Of a stretch of 64,000 nucleotides of DNA, positions 24,331 to 38,123 are shown in pieces. Source of the stretch: Pristiophorus japonicus (taxonomy: Eukaryota). The stretch is taken from the NCBI RefSeq assembly GCF_044704955.1, contig NC_091980.1, positions 117,304,001 to 117,368,000 of the forward strand, given 5' to 3'. Below the pieces are notes generated by a model. It was not told where the DNA came from. It searched no databases and saw only the letters and a list, made by a program, of their open reading frames with translations. Position numbers and translations under genes: made by a program. How positions within the stretch are numbered: the first letter of the stretch is position 1; every line of letters starts with the position of its first letter.

Positions 24331-24462
24331 CAAGTGCCATGGGACTCTTGAAACTTCTCCTTAAAACCTATGTGTTTGACCAATCTTTGTGTTACCTCCC
24401 CCAGCCACCTTCTTCCAATTCCTATTGGATGTCTGTTACCTCTTCCCTTTGCAAAATACTTT

Positions 24463-24757
24463 GGGTGGGTTTGGCTTGGGTGTGAAGAAAAAAATGTAAA
24501 AAATGTCAAACCTGAACTCAACCTGCTTTGACTCCGCCCACTTCCGGTTTTAGCAGCGTTGGACGTGGGGGCAGGCGACCAACTCGCTCCCAGGCTTTTA
24601 ATGAGTCTGTGCACCTCAGATTTTCCTCTGCTTCAGCTTTAACACAGGCCGGCTGGGTTTCCTGGGCCTCTCAATCTGGCTGGCTGTGGCCGGGAAATGC
24701 AGTCCAAAATTAGTCCAAAAATTCGGCAGGACCTCACGTGACCGCAAAACTTGCCCC
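24463..24757. mobile_element. Possible degenerate Harbinger-type MITE inside an L2 tail fragment
   Basis: Imperfect GGGTGGGTTT / AAAACTTGCCCC ends, GC-rich interior. Confidence 0.35.
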
Positions 24758-25079
24758 TCACTCCCTCCCTGCCTTTTTACTATTGGGTCCATTGGGACAT
24801 TTCACTATCATAAAGGCTGTGCATAAATGTAAGTTCTTCTGTCAATTATTTAAATTCATACCCGAATAGATGAACACACATGGTTAGGGCTTAGGACTCC
24901 CTCTCGTAAACTGCTTTGGGTCTGCAGTTACTGCCTGGATTGGTAGGAACTGAATGAACTGCACTATTATGTCATACTTTTGTAAAAAAACAGTGATGTG
25001 TTTTTCACATACGTGCAGTGATTACCTTAAATTAGTCAAATCTATGCTGATCACTGTAGATGTGGTCAGATAGTCAAGG

Positions 25080-25590
25080 ATTATCAAACTATATATTGCT
25101 CTGGTCAGACTGCACATTGAGCAGTGCAATTAGCTGCAGTCACCAAGAGACTCATTCATGCACTCAAGGCAATGCCAAGAAGAGCTATGAGAATGATCCC
25201 CAGAGTCAAGGATTTTAGTTATGAGGAAAAATATGAGAAACTTGGGCTTTCCAGCCTAGAAAGGAAGTGCCTGGGAGATGATCTTTTGGATTTATATAAA
25301 ATTGTTAAGGGTCTAGAAAAAGTTAAGTCGGAATAACACTTTAAATTTAACTTTGGGAGCAGAGCGAAGAGACACTGGTTAAAGATCATTTTGGGACAGA
25401 TATCAGGAAATTTTTCTTCACACACAGAGTGATCAACATGCAGGATAAAATTCCAGTGAGAATAGTGGAAACAAAAATGCTGGAATTATTAAAGAAACAG
25501 TTGGATGCTACAATGTGGGGAATGTTAGGATCTTCTTGGGTGGATTAATTAAGATGAGCCCAATGGCTGTCCTCATCAGTAATTATCTTG
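25080..25590 (+). mobile_element. Old CR1 3' fragment
   Basis: RRAMRMIPRVKDFSYEEK...LGLSSLE...GDDLLDLYKI. Confidence 0.75.
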
Positions 25591-26059
25591 TGAAAATATG
25601 TTTAGGTAATCTAAGGCTGTAGTTCTGTTAAAATTACTAGTCTAATTCCTGTATTTCTGGATTGCGAGATGCAACTGGCAGATCTGAGTTATACTCCTAA
25701 TAGCGAATCATATTAGGTCCAAGAGAAAGGACCCTCTCATGCAATCTTGGAGGTGCACCTCACCACTTTCCCAAGGGACAGCTTGGCTGACACCAGCAAG
25801 TACTCATGGAAACAGTTTCCATTAAAAAAGTTAAGTAATTCTTGCAGAGTGGCTATTTCTCAGAAATTGGACAGAAATAAATATATATCCGTAAAGAAAC
25901 CGCAGCACATTTAGAAGTAGTGATTTTCTGAGCCGATGTCAATTACAAAAAGCTTGTTCCTCTCCCAAAATACTTCAAGAATTTCTCCCTTTATGTGAAA
26001 GTGATACAAAACAGTTACATTCACACCCAATACCAACTTTGTGCAAAGTCTTAGAAAGA

Positions 26060-26415
26060 AAGCCTTGCCTTTGTAAAGCACCTCTCACAACCTCAGGACA
26101 TCACAAAGCTCTTTACAGCCAATGAAGTACTTTTTGAGTTGTTGTCACTTTGCAATGTAGGAAACGCTGCAGCCGATTTGCGTACAGTAAGATCCCACAA
26201 GCAGCACTGTGATAATGACCCAATAATCTGCTTTAATGATGCTGGTTGAGGGATAATTATTGGCCAGGGCACCAAGGCGATCTCCCCTGCTCTTCTTTGA
26301 ATAGTGCTGTGGGATCTTTTACATCCATCTGAGAGAGCAGATGGGGCCTCGATTTAACTTCTCATCTGAAAGACGGCAGTGTAGCAATCCCTCAGTCTGT
26401 ATTATGGGGCTCAAA
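26060..26415 (-). mobile_element. Deu-domain SINE
   Basis: Reverse complement of the SINE core, with an L2-like tail. Confidence 0.8.
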
Positions 26416-26944
26416 TCTCATAGAGATTTAGGAGGCAAGTTTCAGGTGATCAGGAATCTGTTGTTTGATTTCAAGAAATTATGAGCACAAGGGAACTCTG
26501 AAGCTTCCTATCAGCAGCTCTATCTTTTTCATTTTTAGCAAATGCTTTTCTGTCAATCACACGTGACCAGTAACTATCATGGGTTATCACTTTAACAGCC
26601 AGTGAATCAGACTCTAGCAACCTTCCATCAGTATAGCTGCACCGATCACAAACTTTACGTCAATGGTTGTTCTTTGAAATATTTGCTTCTAACCATGGTA
26701 ATTTCCAGATGATACTTTAACTGCTTCTGACATCTGAAAACTAGCTCCCATATATAAAGCTTTTGGTCTTTCTGTCAATCAAAATAAAAAACAAATGCAT
26801 GTATATTAAAGAAGATTGTCTATGCTCCCATCCATAAGAGCAGCTTTTCCTCGTGACTACACCTGGAGATGGTGGGAAGGCTTGTGTGCTCATATGACCC
26901 TGATAACTATGCTGGTGTCACTATAGCCTGAGAGGTTATAGTCA

Positions 26945-29900
26945 GGAACGGTAGCATAGTGGTAACATCACTGAATTAATAATCCAGATGCCTGGACAAA
27001 TGATCCAGAGACATGAGTTCACAATCCTACCATGGCAGCTGGGAAATTTAAATTCAGTTAATTAAATAAATCTGGAATTAAAAAGCTAGTTGGGTTCACC
27101 AATGCCCTTCAGAGAAGGAAATCTGCCATCCTTACCCCATCAGGCCTACATGTAACTCCAGACACACAGCAATGTGGTTGACTCTTAAATGGCCCAGCAA
27201 GCCACTCAGTTGTACACAATCGCTATGAAAAACAATAATAAGAATAAAACCGAATGGACCATCTGGCACCAGCTACGGACACGGCAATGGTACACCCAGC
27301 CCAATTGACCCTACAAAGTCCTTCTCACCAACATCTGGGGGCTTGTACCAAAATTGGGAGAGCTGTCCCACAGACTAGTCATACTTACAGAATCATACTT
27401 TTCAACTAATGTCCCAGACTCCTCCATCGCCATCGGCAGGACAGATCCACCAGAGGTGGCAGCACAGTGGTATACAGTCGGGAAGCAGTGGCCTTGGGAG
27501 TCCTCAACATTGATTCCGGATACCATGAAGTCTCATGGCTTCAGGTCAAGCATGGGGAAGGAAACCTCCTGCTGATTACCGCCCTCCATCAGCTGATGAA
27601 TCAATACTTAACTTGAACACAACTTGGAAGAAGCACTGAGAGTAGCAAAGGCACAGAATATACGCTGGGAGGTGGGACCAGTGCAAACCGGATGGTCTGC
27701 ACCTGGGCAGGGCCGGAACGAGGGGGAGTGTTTGCTAGTGCTGTTTGGGAGGAGTTAAACTAATACGGCAGGGGGATGGGAACCTATGTAGGGAGACAGA
27801 GGGGAATAAAATGGAGACAGAAGCAAAAGATAGAAAGGGGAACAGTAAAAGTGGAGGACAGAGAAACCCAAGGCAAAAAACAAAAAGGGCCACTTTACAG
27901 CAGAATTCTAAAGGGTCAAAGTGTGTTAAAAAGACAAGCCTGAAGGCTCTGTGCCTCAATGCGAGGAGTATTCGGAATAAGGTGGACAAATTAACTGTGC
28001 AGATAGCAGTTAACGGGTATGATATGATTGGCATCACGGAGACATGGCTCCAGGGTGACCAAGGCTGGGAACTCAACATCCAGGAGTATTCAGCATACAG
28101 GAAGGATAGACAGAAAGGAAAAGGAGGCGGGGTGGCGTTGCTGGTTAAAGAGGAAATTAATGCAATTGTAAGGAAGGAAATTAGCTTGGATGATGTGGAA
28201 TCGGTTTGGGTGGAGCTACAGAATACCAAAAGGCAGAAAATGCGAGTGGGAATTGTGTACAGGCCACCAAATAGTAGTAGTGAGGTTGGGGACAGCATCA
28301 AACAAGAAATAATGGATGTGTGCAATAAAGGTACAGCAATAATCATGGGTGACTTTAATCTACATATTGATTGGGCTAACCTAACTGGTAGCAATGCGGT
28401 GGAGGAGGATTTCCTAGAGTGTATTAGGGATGGTTTTCTAGACCAATATGTCGAGGAGCCAACCAGAGAGCTGGCCATCCTAGACTGGGTGATGTGTAAT
28501 GAGAAGGGACTAATTAGCAATCTTGTTGTGCGAGGCCCCTTGGGGATGAGTGACCATAATATGGTAGAATTCTTTATTAAGATGGAGAGTGACAAAGTTA
28601 ATTCATAAACTAGGGTCCTGAATCTAAGGAAAGGTAACTTCGATGTTATGAGGCGCGAATTAGCTAGATTAGACTGGCAAATGATACTTAAAGGGTTGAT
28701 GGTGGATAGGCAATGGCAAACCTTTAAAGATCATATGGACGAACTTCAACAATTGTACATCCCTGTCTGGAGTAAAAATAAAATGGGGAAGGTGGCTCAA
28801 CCGTGGCTAACAAGGGAAATTAAGGATAGTGTTAAATCCAAGGAAGAGGCATACAAATTAGCCAGAAAAAGTAGCAAGCCGGAGGACTGGGAGAAATTTA
28901 GAATACAGCAGAGGAGGACAAAGGGATTAATTAAGGGGGGGAAAATAGAATACGAGAGGAAGCTTGCCGGAAACATAAAAAATGACTTCAAAAGCTTCTA
29001 TAGATATGTGAAGAGAAAAAGATTAGTGAAGACAAACGTAGGTCCCTTGCAGTTGGATTCGGGTGAATTTATAAAGGGGAACAAAGAAATGACAGACCAA
29101 TTGAACAAGTACTTTGGTTCTGCCTTCACAAAGGAAGACACAGATAACCTTCTGGATGTACTAGGGGTCCGAAGGTCTAGTGAGAAGGAGGAACTGAAGG
29201 ATATCCTTATTAGGCGGGAAATTGTGTTAGGGAAATTGACGGGATTGAAGACCGATAAATCCCCAGGGCCTGATAGTCTGCATCCCAGAGTACTTAAGGA
29301 AGTGGCCCTAGAAATAGTGGATGCATTGGTGATCATTTTCCAATTTAGTCTATCAACTCTCGATCAGTTCCTATGGACTGGAGGGTTGCTAATGCAACAC
29401 CACTTTTTAAAAAAGGAGGGAGAGAGAAAATGGGTACTTATAGACCAGTTAGCCTGACATCAGTGGTGGGGAAAATGTTGGATTCAATCATGAAGGATGA
29501 AATAGCAGCACATTTGGAAAGCAGTGATAGGATTGGTCCAAGGCAGCATGGATTTATGAAGGGAAAATCATGCTTGACAAATCTTCTGGAATTTTTTGAG
29601 GATGTAACTAGTAGAGTGGACAGGGAAGAACCAGTGGACGTGGTGTATTTGGACTTTCAAAAGGCTTTTGACAAGGTCCCACACAAGAGATTGGTGTGCA
29701 AAATCAAAGCACATGGTACTGGGGGTAATGTATGACATGGATAGAGAACTGGTTGGCAGACAGGAAGCAGAGAGTCGGGATTAACGGGTCCTTTTCAGAA
29801 TGGCAGGCAGTGATTAGTGGAGTGCCGCAGGGCTCGGTGCTGGGACCCCAGCTCTTTACAATATATATTAATGCTTTGGATGATGGAATTGAGTGTAATA

Positions 29901-32553
29901 TTTCCAAGTTTGCAGATGACACTAAACTAGGTGGCGGTGTGAGCTGTGAGGAGGACTCTAAGAGGCTGCAGGATGATTTGGACAGGTTAGGTGAGTGGGC
30001 AAATACATGGCAGATGCAGTATAATGTGGATAAATGTGAGGTTATCCACTTTGGGGGCAAAAACACGAAGGCAGAATATTATCTGAATGGCGGCAGATTA
30101 GGAAAAGGGGAGGTGCAATGAAACCTGGGTGTCATGGTTCATCAGTCATTGAAGGTTGGCATGCAGGTACAGCAGGCGGTGAAGAAGGCAAATGGTATGT
30201 TGGCCTTCATAGCAAGGGGATTTGAGTATAGGAGCAGTGAAGTCTTACTGCAGTTGTACAGGGCCTTGGTGAGGCCCCACCTGGAATATTGTGTTCAGTT
30301 TTGGTCTCCTAATCTGAGGAAGGACGTTCTTGCTATTGAGGGAGTGCAGCGAAGGTTCACCAGACTGATTCCTGGGATGGCGGGACTGATATGTGAGGAA
30401 AAACTGGATCGACTGGGCCTGTATTCACTGGAGTTTAGAAGGATGAGAGGGGATCTCATAGAAACATAGAAAATTCTGACGGGACTGGACAGGTTAGATG
30501 CAGGAAGAATGTTCCCAATGTTGGGGAAGTCCAGAATCAGGGGACATAGTCTTAGGATAAGAGGTAAGCCATTTAGGACTGAGATGAGGAGAAACTTCTT
30601 CACTCAGAGAGTTGTTAACCGATGGAATTCCCTACCGCAGAGAGTTGTTGATGCCAGTTCATTGGATATATTTAAGAGGGAGTTAGATATGGCCCTTGCG
30701 GCTAAAGGGATCAAGGGGTATGGAGAGAAAGCAGGAACGGGGTACTGAAGGAATGATCAGCCATGATCTTATTGAATGGTGGTGCAGGCTCGAAAGGCCG
30801 GATGGCCTAATCCTGGACCTATTTTCTATGTTTCTATGTTTCATGAGGGGGACTTCATTGTCTATCATCGGGAGTGGCTCAGTAACACCACTGCTGGCCG
30901 AGTCCTGAAGGACTGAAGACTGGGCCTGCAGCAGGTGGTTAAAAAACCAACACGAGGGTAAAACCTACTTGACCTTGTCCTCACCTGTCACAGCTGTCAC
31001 ATGCTGCATTGGTAGCAGCATCATTGTGAGATGAAGTCCCGTCTTCACACAGAGGCTGCCATCCATTATGTCATGTGGCACTCCCACCATGCTAACTGGG
31101 CATTAGCAGTAGCAGAATTGTATTCCATCATGATCTGTAACCTCAGGGCCCAGCATATCCCTCACTCTACTATTACCATGAAGCCTGGGGACCAACCCTG
31201 GATCAATGAAGAGTGTAGAAGAGCATGCCAGGAGCAGCACTGGCATACCTGAAAATGAGATGCCAACCTAGGGAAGCTGCAACACAGGTCTACATACATG
31301 TTAAAAAGTGGAAGCAGCATGTTATAGACAAGGCTAAGAGATCTCACAACCAACGGATCAGATTAAAGCTCTATAGTCCTGCCACATCCATTCGTAAATG
31401 GTGGTGGACCATTAAACAATTAACGAGAGGAGGACGCACCATGAATATCCCCATCCTCAATAATGGCGGAGCCCCGCACATGAGTGCAAAAGACAAGACT
31501 GAAGCGTTTTGCAACCATCTTCAGCCATACGTTCCTGAGATTCCCACCATCACAGCAGTCAGTCTTCAGTCAATTTGATTCACTCCACGTGATATCAAGA
31601 AAAGGCTGAGCGCACTGGATACAGCAATGGCTATGGGCCCCGATATCATTCTGGCTGTCATGCTTGTGCTCCAGAATTAGCCGCGCCTCTAACCAAGCTG
31701 TTCCAGTACAGCTACAATACTGACATCTAACCGACAATGTGGAAAACTGCCCAGGTATGTCCTGTCCACAAAAAAAAGGACAAATCTAATCCGGCCAATT
31801 ACCACCCCATCCGTCTACTCTCAATCATCAGCAAGTGGTAATTACTCACCAATAACCTGCTCACTGATGTCCAGTTTGAGCATTACCATCACCGAATCCC
31901 ATCCTGGGGGGGGGTCACCATTGACCAGAAACTTAACTGGACCAGCCACATAAATACTGTGGCAACACGAGCAGGTCAGAGGCTGGGTATCCTGCGGCGA
32001 GTGTTTCACCTCTTGACTCCCCAAAGCCTTTCCACCATCTACAAGGCACAAGTCAGGAATGTGATGGAATACTCTCCACTTGCCTGGATGAGTGCAGCTC
32101 CAACAACACTCAAGAAGCTCGATACCATCCAGGTCTAAGCACCCGCTTGTTTTGCACCTCATCCACCACCTTAAACATCCACTCCCTCCATCACCGGTGT
32201 ACCATGGCTGCAGTGTGTACCATCTACAAAATGCATTGCAGTAACTCGCCATGGCTTCTTCAGCAGCACCTCCCAAACCCGCAACCTCTACCACCTAGAA
32301 GTACAAGGGCAGCAAGCACATGGGATCACCATCACCTCCACATTCTCCTCCAAGTCACACATCATCCTGATTAGTTGCTGGGTCAAAATCTTAGAACTCC
32401 CTCCCTAACAGCTCTATGGGAGTACCATCACCACACGGATGCAGCGGTTCAAGATGGTGACTCACCACCATCTTCTCAAGGGCAATTAGGGATGGGCAAT
32501 TAATTCTGGCCTTGCCAGCGATGCCCACATCCCGTGAACGAATAAAAAAAAAC
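26945..32553 (+). mobile_element. CR1/L2-group LINE (second family) with 5' region, split by a CR1 insertion
   Basis: Endonuclease piece LVILTESY; resumes at 30843 (gggggacttca); same 3' end and poly(A) at about 32550. Confidence 0.82.
27670..30842 (+). mobile_element. CR1 LINE with ORF1 end and complete but broken ORF2
   Basis: ORF1 esterase DGLH motif; EN (LNARSIRNK, ITETWL, GDFN, SDH); RT (GVPQGSVLGP, FADD); (TTTCTATG)n tail. Confidence 0.96.
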
Positions 32554-33023
32554 ACTATCTCGTTCTCCACAGAATTGTTTGAAGAGGATTAGGACCAGTT
32601 TGATTTGTTCCTCATCCAATGTTGACCCAAGGGTCCGAGCCAGTCTCACTAGTATGGCCTTGCTGACTAGGCAGCAAAGCCATGCCAAGCTGATGAGTCA
32701 GCAGCAACACTCAATATCAACCTTGAGTTCATCCCATTGTACCAGGATCACAACAAGATCGTCAGATGTTCAGTCGATTACAGTAGCTACACGTACTCAG
32801 ATGAAGCCAACATAACTCTGCAAGTGAAATGTAAGTCACCGGCCAAAAGTACTTTCAACAACAAAAACAAACAACATCTTGGATTTCTCCAGTGCCTTTA
32901 ATGCACGGCACTTTACGGAGTCGTGAGGAAAAAGAGATGTTGAGCGAAAGAAAGAGATATTAGGAGAGAGTGCAACCAAAAGTTTGATCGAAGAGTTGGA
33001 TTTTAGGGAGGGTCTTAAAGAAA

Positions 33024-33316
33024 GACTTGCATTTATACAGCACCTTTCATGACCTCAGGACGTCCTGAAGTGCTTCACAGCCAATGAAGTATTTTTGAAG
33101 TGTAGTCAGTGTTGTAATGTAGGAAACGTGGATGCCTATTTGTGCACAGCAAGCTCCCACAAACAGCAATGAAATAAATGACCAGATAATCTGTTTTAGG
33201 TGTTGGTTGAGTGATAAATATTGGCCAGGATACTGGGACAACTCATTGCTCTTCTTTGAATAGTGTCATGAGATCTTTTCCATATACCTGAGAGGGCAGA
33301 CGGGGCCTCGGTTTAA
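33024..33316 (-). mobile_element. Deu-domain SINE
   Basis: Same SINE family as 26060. Confidence 0.8.
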
Positions 33317-33709
33317 CAAAGGAAGAGAGGTGGGTGGAGGGCTTTAAAGGAGGGACTTCCAGAAAGTGGGACTGTGGCAATTAAGGGCACGACCACCAAT
33401 GGAAGGGCAAAGGGAATGGAAGATGCACAAGAGGCCTAAGTCAGTAGAATAGAGAGTTCAAGTAATCTCAGATTGTGTATAAGCTTTGCAGCTTTTCTTT
33501 GATGAGATCTTTAATCGCATTAAATGGAGAAGTCCATTCCAGAATGAATTATTTTTACAAACAAGTGACCAATAAGTTTGTTGATAGACCACGTGGCCAG
33601 TATCAATAGGACACATATCAACAGGCCAGAAATATTAGGGCTCCTCAGTCTATGTATGAAGAATGGATCATTGAATCTGCCACATGAGTTGTTAATGATC
33701 TTGGTAACT

Positions 33710-34259
33710 GTCTCCTCAAGATCCTACATATCCCCTGGGAAGACAGACGCACCAACGTTAGCGTCCTCAACCAGGCCAACATCCCCATCATTGAAGCACT
33801 GACCACACTTGATCAGCTCCGCTGGGCAGGCCACATTGTTCGCATGCCAGACACGAGACTCCCAAAGCAAGCGTACTCGGAACTCCTTCGCGGCAAATGA
33901 GCCAAAGGTGGGCAGAGGAAATGTTATAAGGACACCCTCAAATCCTCCCTGATAAAGTGCAACATACCTACTGACACCTGGGAGTCTCTGGCCAAAGACT
34001 GCCCTAAGTGGAGGAAGTGCATCCGGGAGGGCGCTGAGCACCTCGAGTCTCATCGCCGAGAGCATGCAGAAATCAAGCGCAGGCAGCAGAAAGAGCGTGC
34101 GGAAAACCAGTCCCACCCATCCTTTCTCTCAACGACTATCTGTGTCACCTGTGACAGGGACTGTGGTTCTCGTATTGGATTGTTCAGCCACCTAAGGACT
34201 CATTTTTAGAATGGAAACAAGTCTTCCTCGATTCCGAGGGACTGTCTATGATGATGATG
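33710..34259 (+). mobile_element. RTE-clade LINE 3' fragment
   Basis: QLRWAGHIVRMPDTRLPKQ, terminal CxxC...H zinc knuckle, (GAT)n tail. Confidence 0.9.
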
Positions 34260-34276
34260 TCACTATAACCTGGTCA

Positions 34277-36480
34277 ACATAGAAACATAGAAACATAGAA
34301 AATAGGTGCAGGAGTAGGCCATTTGGCCCTTCGAGCCTGCACCACCATTCAATATGATCATGGCTGATCATGCAACTTCAGTGCCCCATTCCTGCTTTCT
34401 CCATACCCCTTGATCCCTTTAGCCGTAAGGGTTACATTTAGCTCACTTTTGAATATATCTAACGAATTGGCCTCAACAACTTTCTGTGGTAGAGAATTCC
34501 ACAGGTTCACACTCTCTAAGTGAAGAAGTTTCACCTCATCTCAGTCCCAAATGGCTTACCCCTTATCCTTAGACTGTGACCTCTGTTTCTGGACTTCCCC
34601 AACAACAGGAACATTCTTCCGACATCTAACCTGTCCAATCCCATCAGAATTTTATATGTTTCGAAAAGATCCCCCCTCATTCTTATAAATTCCAGTGAAT
34701 ATAAGCCTAGTCGATCCAATCTTTCTTCATATGTCAGTCCTGCCATCCCGGGAATCAGTCTGGTGAACCTTCGCTGCACTCCCTCAATAGCAAGAATGTC
34801 TTTCCTCAGATTACGAGATCAAAACTGTACACAATATTCAAGGTGTGGCCTCACCAATGCCCTGTACAACTGCAGTAAGATCTCCCTGCTCTTATATTCA
34901 ATTCCTCTCGTTATGAAGGTCAACATACCATTTGCCTTCTTCACCGCCTGCTGTATCTGCATGCCAACTTTCAATGACTGATGTACCATGATACCCAGGT
35001 CTCATTACACCTCCCCTTTTCCTAATCTGTCACCATTCAGATAATATTCTGCCTTCCTGTTTTTGCCACCAAAGTGGATAACCTCACATTTATCCACATT
35101 ATACTGCATCTGCCACGCGTTTGCCCATTCACCTAACCTGTCCAAGTCACCCTGTAGTCTATTAGCATCCTCCTCACAGCTCACACTGCCACCCAGCTTA
35201 GTGTCATCTGCAAACTTGCAGATATTACCTTCAATTCCTTCGTCTAAATCATTAATGTATATTGTAAATAGCTGGGGTCCCAGCACAGAACCTTGCGGTA
35301 CCCCACTAGTCATTGCTTGCCATTCTGAAAAGGACCCGTTTATTCCTACTCTTTGCCTCCTGTCTGCCAACCAGTTCTCTATCCACGTCAATACATTACA
35401 CCCAATACCATGTGCTTTAATTTTGCACACTAATCTCTTGTGTGGGACCTTGTCAAAAGCCTTTTGAAAGTCCAAATACACCACATCCACTCGTTCTCCC
35501 TTGTCTATTCTACTAGTTACATCCTCAAAAAATTCTAGAAGATTTGTCAAGCATGATTTCCATTTCATAAATCCACGCTGTCTTGGACCGATCCTGTCAC
35601 TGCTTTCCCATTGCGCTGCTATTACATCTTCAACAATTGATTCTAACATTTTCCCCACTACCGATGTTAGGCTAACCAGCCTATAATTCCCTGTTTTCTC
35701 TCTCCCTCCTTTTTTAAAAAGTGGAGTTACATTAGCTACCCTCCAATCCATAGGAACTGATCCAGGGTCCATAGTATGTTGGAAAATGACCACCAATGCA
35801 TCCACTATTTCCATGGCCACTTCCTTAAGTACTCTGGGATGCAGACGATCAGGCCCTGGGGATTTATCAGCCTTCAATCCCATCAATTTCCCAAACACAA
35901 TTTCCTGAATAATAAGGATTTCCTTCAGTTCTTCCTTCTCGCTAGACCCTCGGTCCCTTAGTTTTTCCGGAAGGTTATTTGTGTCTTCCTTAGTGAAGAC
36001 AGAACCAAAGTATTTGTTCAATTGGTCTGCCATTTCTTTGTTCCCCATTATAAATTCACCTGATTCTGACTGCAAGGGACCTACATTTGTCTTCACTAAT
36101 CTTTTTCTCTTCGCATGTCTATAGAAGCTTTTGCAGTCAGTTTTTATGTTCGCTGCAAACTTACTCTCATACTCTATTTCCCCCCTCTTAATTAAACCCT
36201 TTGTCCTCCTCCGCTTAATTCTAAGTTTCTCCCAGTCCTCAGGTTTGCTCCTTTTTCTGGCCAATTTATATTTCTCTTCCTGGATTTAATACTATCCCTA
36301 ATTTCCCTTGTTAGCCACGGTTGAGCCACCTTCCCCGTTTTATTTTTAATCCAGACAGGGATGTACGATTGTTGAAGTTCAGCCATGTGATCTTTAAATG
36401 TCTGCCATTGCTTATCCAGCGTCAATCCTTTAAGTATCATTCGCCAGTCTATCCTAGCCAATTCACGTCTCATACCATTG
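34277..36480 (-). mobile_element. CR1 LINE, 5'-truncated
   Basis: (CATAGAAA)n tail; 419-aa RT ORF 35005..36264. Confidence 0.95.
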
Positions 36481-36514
36481 GATTAGTGCCAGTCTGACAG
36501 TTGCCTAAAAGTCA

Positions 36515-36599
36515 TGGATACAACCAATACTATAGATGTAATGGCAGTTCCCCCCTTGGGTACAACCAATACTATGGATGTAATGGCAATTCCCCTCCT
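36515..36599. repeat. 42-bp tandem duplication
   Basis: TGG(A/G)TACAACCAATACTAT(A/G)GATGTAATGGCA(G/A)TTCCCC twice. Confidence 0.85.
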
Positions 36600-37581
36600 T
36601 GAAGCCCAGCTGGGATAGTAGATTTACAACTTGGAATTGGGGTTTGAATCTAGTCAGATTGACAGTCCTTAGCCTTTGCCATCTTTCAGAACCCTAAGTG
36701 GAATTAGTTAGGACAGACAAAATACACTCAATATGAGAATGCATCCACGACACACAATTGCCCATAACTGGCACTAAACTATCAATCCCTCTGAGAGAGC
36801 ACAAGGGAAGCTTTGGAAGAGAAAGGAAGATCATACTGATACATGGGGGTGCCACTCTGAGGTTGGGGCTGAGGCATATTAATGGAGCAGGGTAAAGAGA
36901 TTGTAATTAGGCTTCTCACTAGTGCTACACCTGAACGGGAAGTGATTGATGGAACAATGTAGAAGGAGCTTCACCTGACTTGGGAGTGTTGGATGGGACA
37001 CTGCAGGAGTATACCTCTGAATCTAACCCATGCTCACTGATTATACTAGGTACAAGCATGAGTATGCCCAGGCTATTCAACTGTAGGAACTATCAAACCC
37101 AAGCTCAATCTTTTTCTCATATTCTGCCTGGTCAGGTGTCACCGGATGGCAATCAGGTGGTAGAAATGTAGCTGATTATTGCCCTCCCAAGCCCAGACCC
37201 TTGAGGCCAATAGTACTACCTCTACTGATAGCTTCATTGGTTTTGAGTTTTTATCAGATAAGATTTTGCTTAACGTTATCCATTGAAAACTACCCTCGTG
37301 GATCAGTGAGCAAATGTACTGCCTGACATGAACCTGGGGGCCAGGTTTAATCCGTACTCTGTGCTGTTAGTTCTTCTCTGCCAGGGTGGTGGTTGGGCAA
37401 GATACAGTTGGTGGAAGGTTCTCTGTAGAAGGAAAGGAAAATAAATCAGCAAGGTTCCAGGCCCTGAAGGCTATAAATTGACTTCTCAATGAGCATTGGG
37501 TAAAGACAGGCTGAGACTTGGTGCTGATGGTTCCTGGGGCTTGTAACCTGCTGTTACTCATTGACTTGACTCAGACATTTA

Positions 37582-38123
37582 GGGGGAGAAATTTGGGTTG
37601 GATAACATGAAGGACCCTACAGTGCTACAGGGGCGCTAAAGGGTTAACACCTGTTAGCGCCGACATTTGCGCTGCCTGGCAAATTCAGTGTGCCAGTCGG
37701 GAGTGTAGTGCTGCCCCGCAGTGACTCCCCAGAGAAAGCTGGCATGCAGAGCTGTCCCGGGCAGTAAGGGAAGGAATGACTGCATGAGGTAAGTGCGATT
37801 GATTTTTTTTTTGCGATTTAACTTTATTTGGAGTGAGTAATGTACAGGGAATGTGTCTTGTATTTTTTGCTCCGATTCTTTTTTTTGCAGGAAGGCCTCT
37901 CTTGGGTCGCCATGAAGCTGGCTCTTTAGCACAGGATATTCAGTTGCGCACCTGGCCTAGTGCCCTAAGAGAAGTGCGGAAAGCTTCCCTTAGCGTTCCA
38001 CTCCAAGGTCAGGACGCAAAAACTGAATTTTGCTGTTCCGGTTGCTAAAACATTTCCGCCGTTAAATTTAGCAGCCGCCCGACATTAGCATCTTAAGGAA
38101 CCCTCCAACCACATTTCTAGCTC
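37582..38123. mobile_element. Harbinger-type MITE (degenerate TIRs)
   Basis: GGGGGAGAAATTTGGGTTG / CAACCACATTTCTAGCTC; architecture like the 1217 MITE. Confidence 0.5.

Noticed and set aside
27735-28595. Long antisense ORFs over CR1, RTE and Gypsy copies (e.g. the 286-aa ORF)
   Set aside because: Antisense shadows of TE coding sequence, recurring in each copy
32560-32815. ORFs following a CAG acceptor-like site as a host exon
   Set aside because: No recognisable protein or partner exons; probably old repeat debris
26916-34272. TGTCACTATA(G/A)CCTG at 26916 and 34258 as a TSD for a 7-kb RTE-mediated insertion
   Set aside because: The first copy is not adjacent to the RTE 5' end and the intervening DNA consists of unrelated elements; more likely an old dispersed repeat or chance
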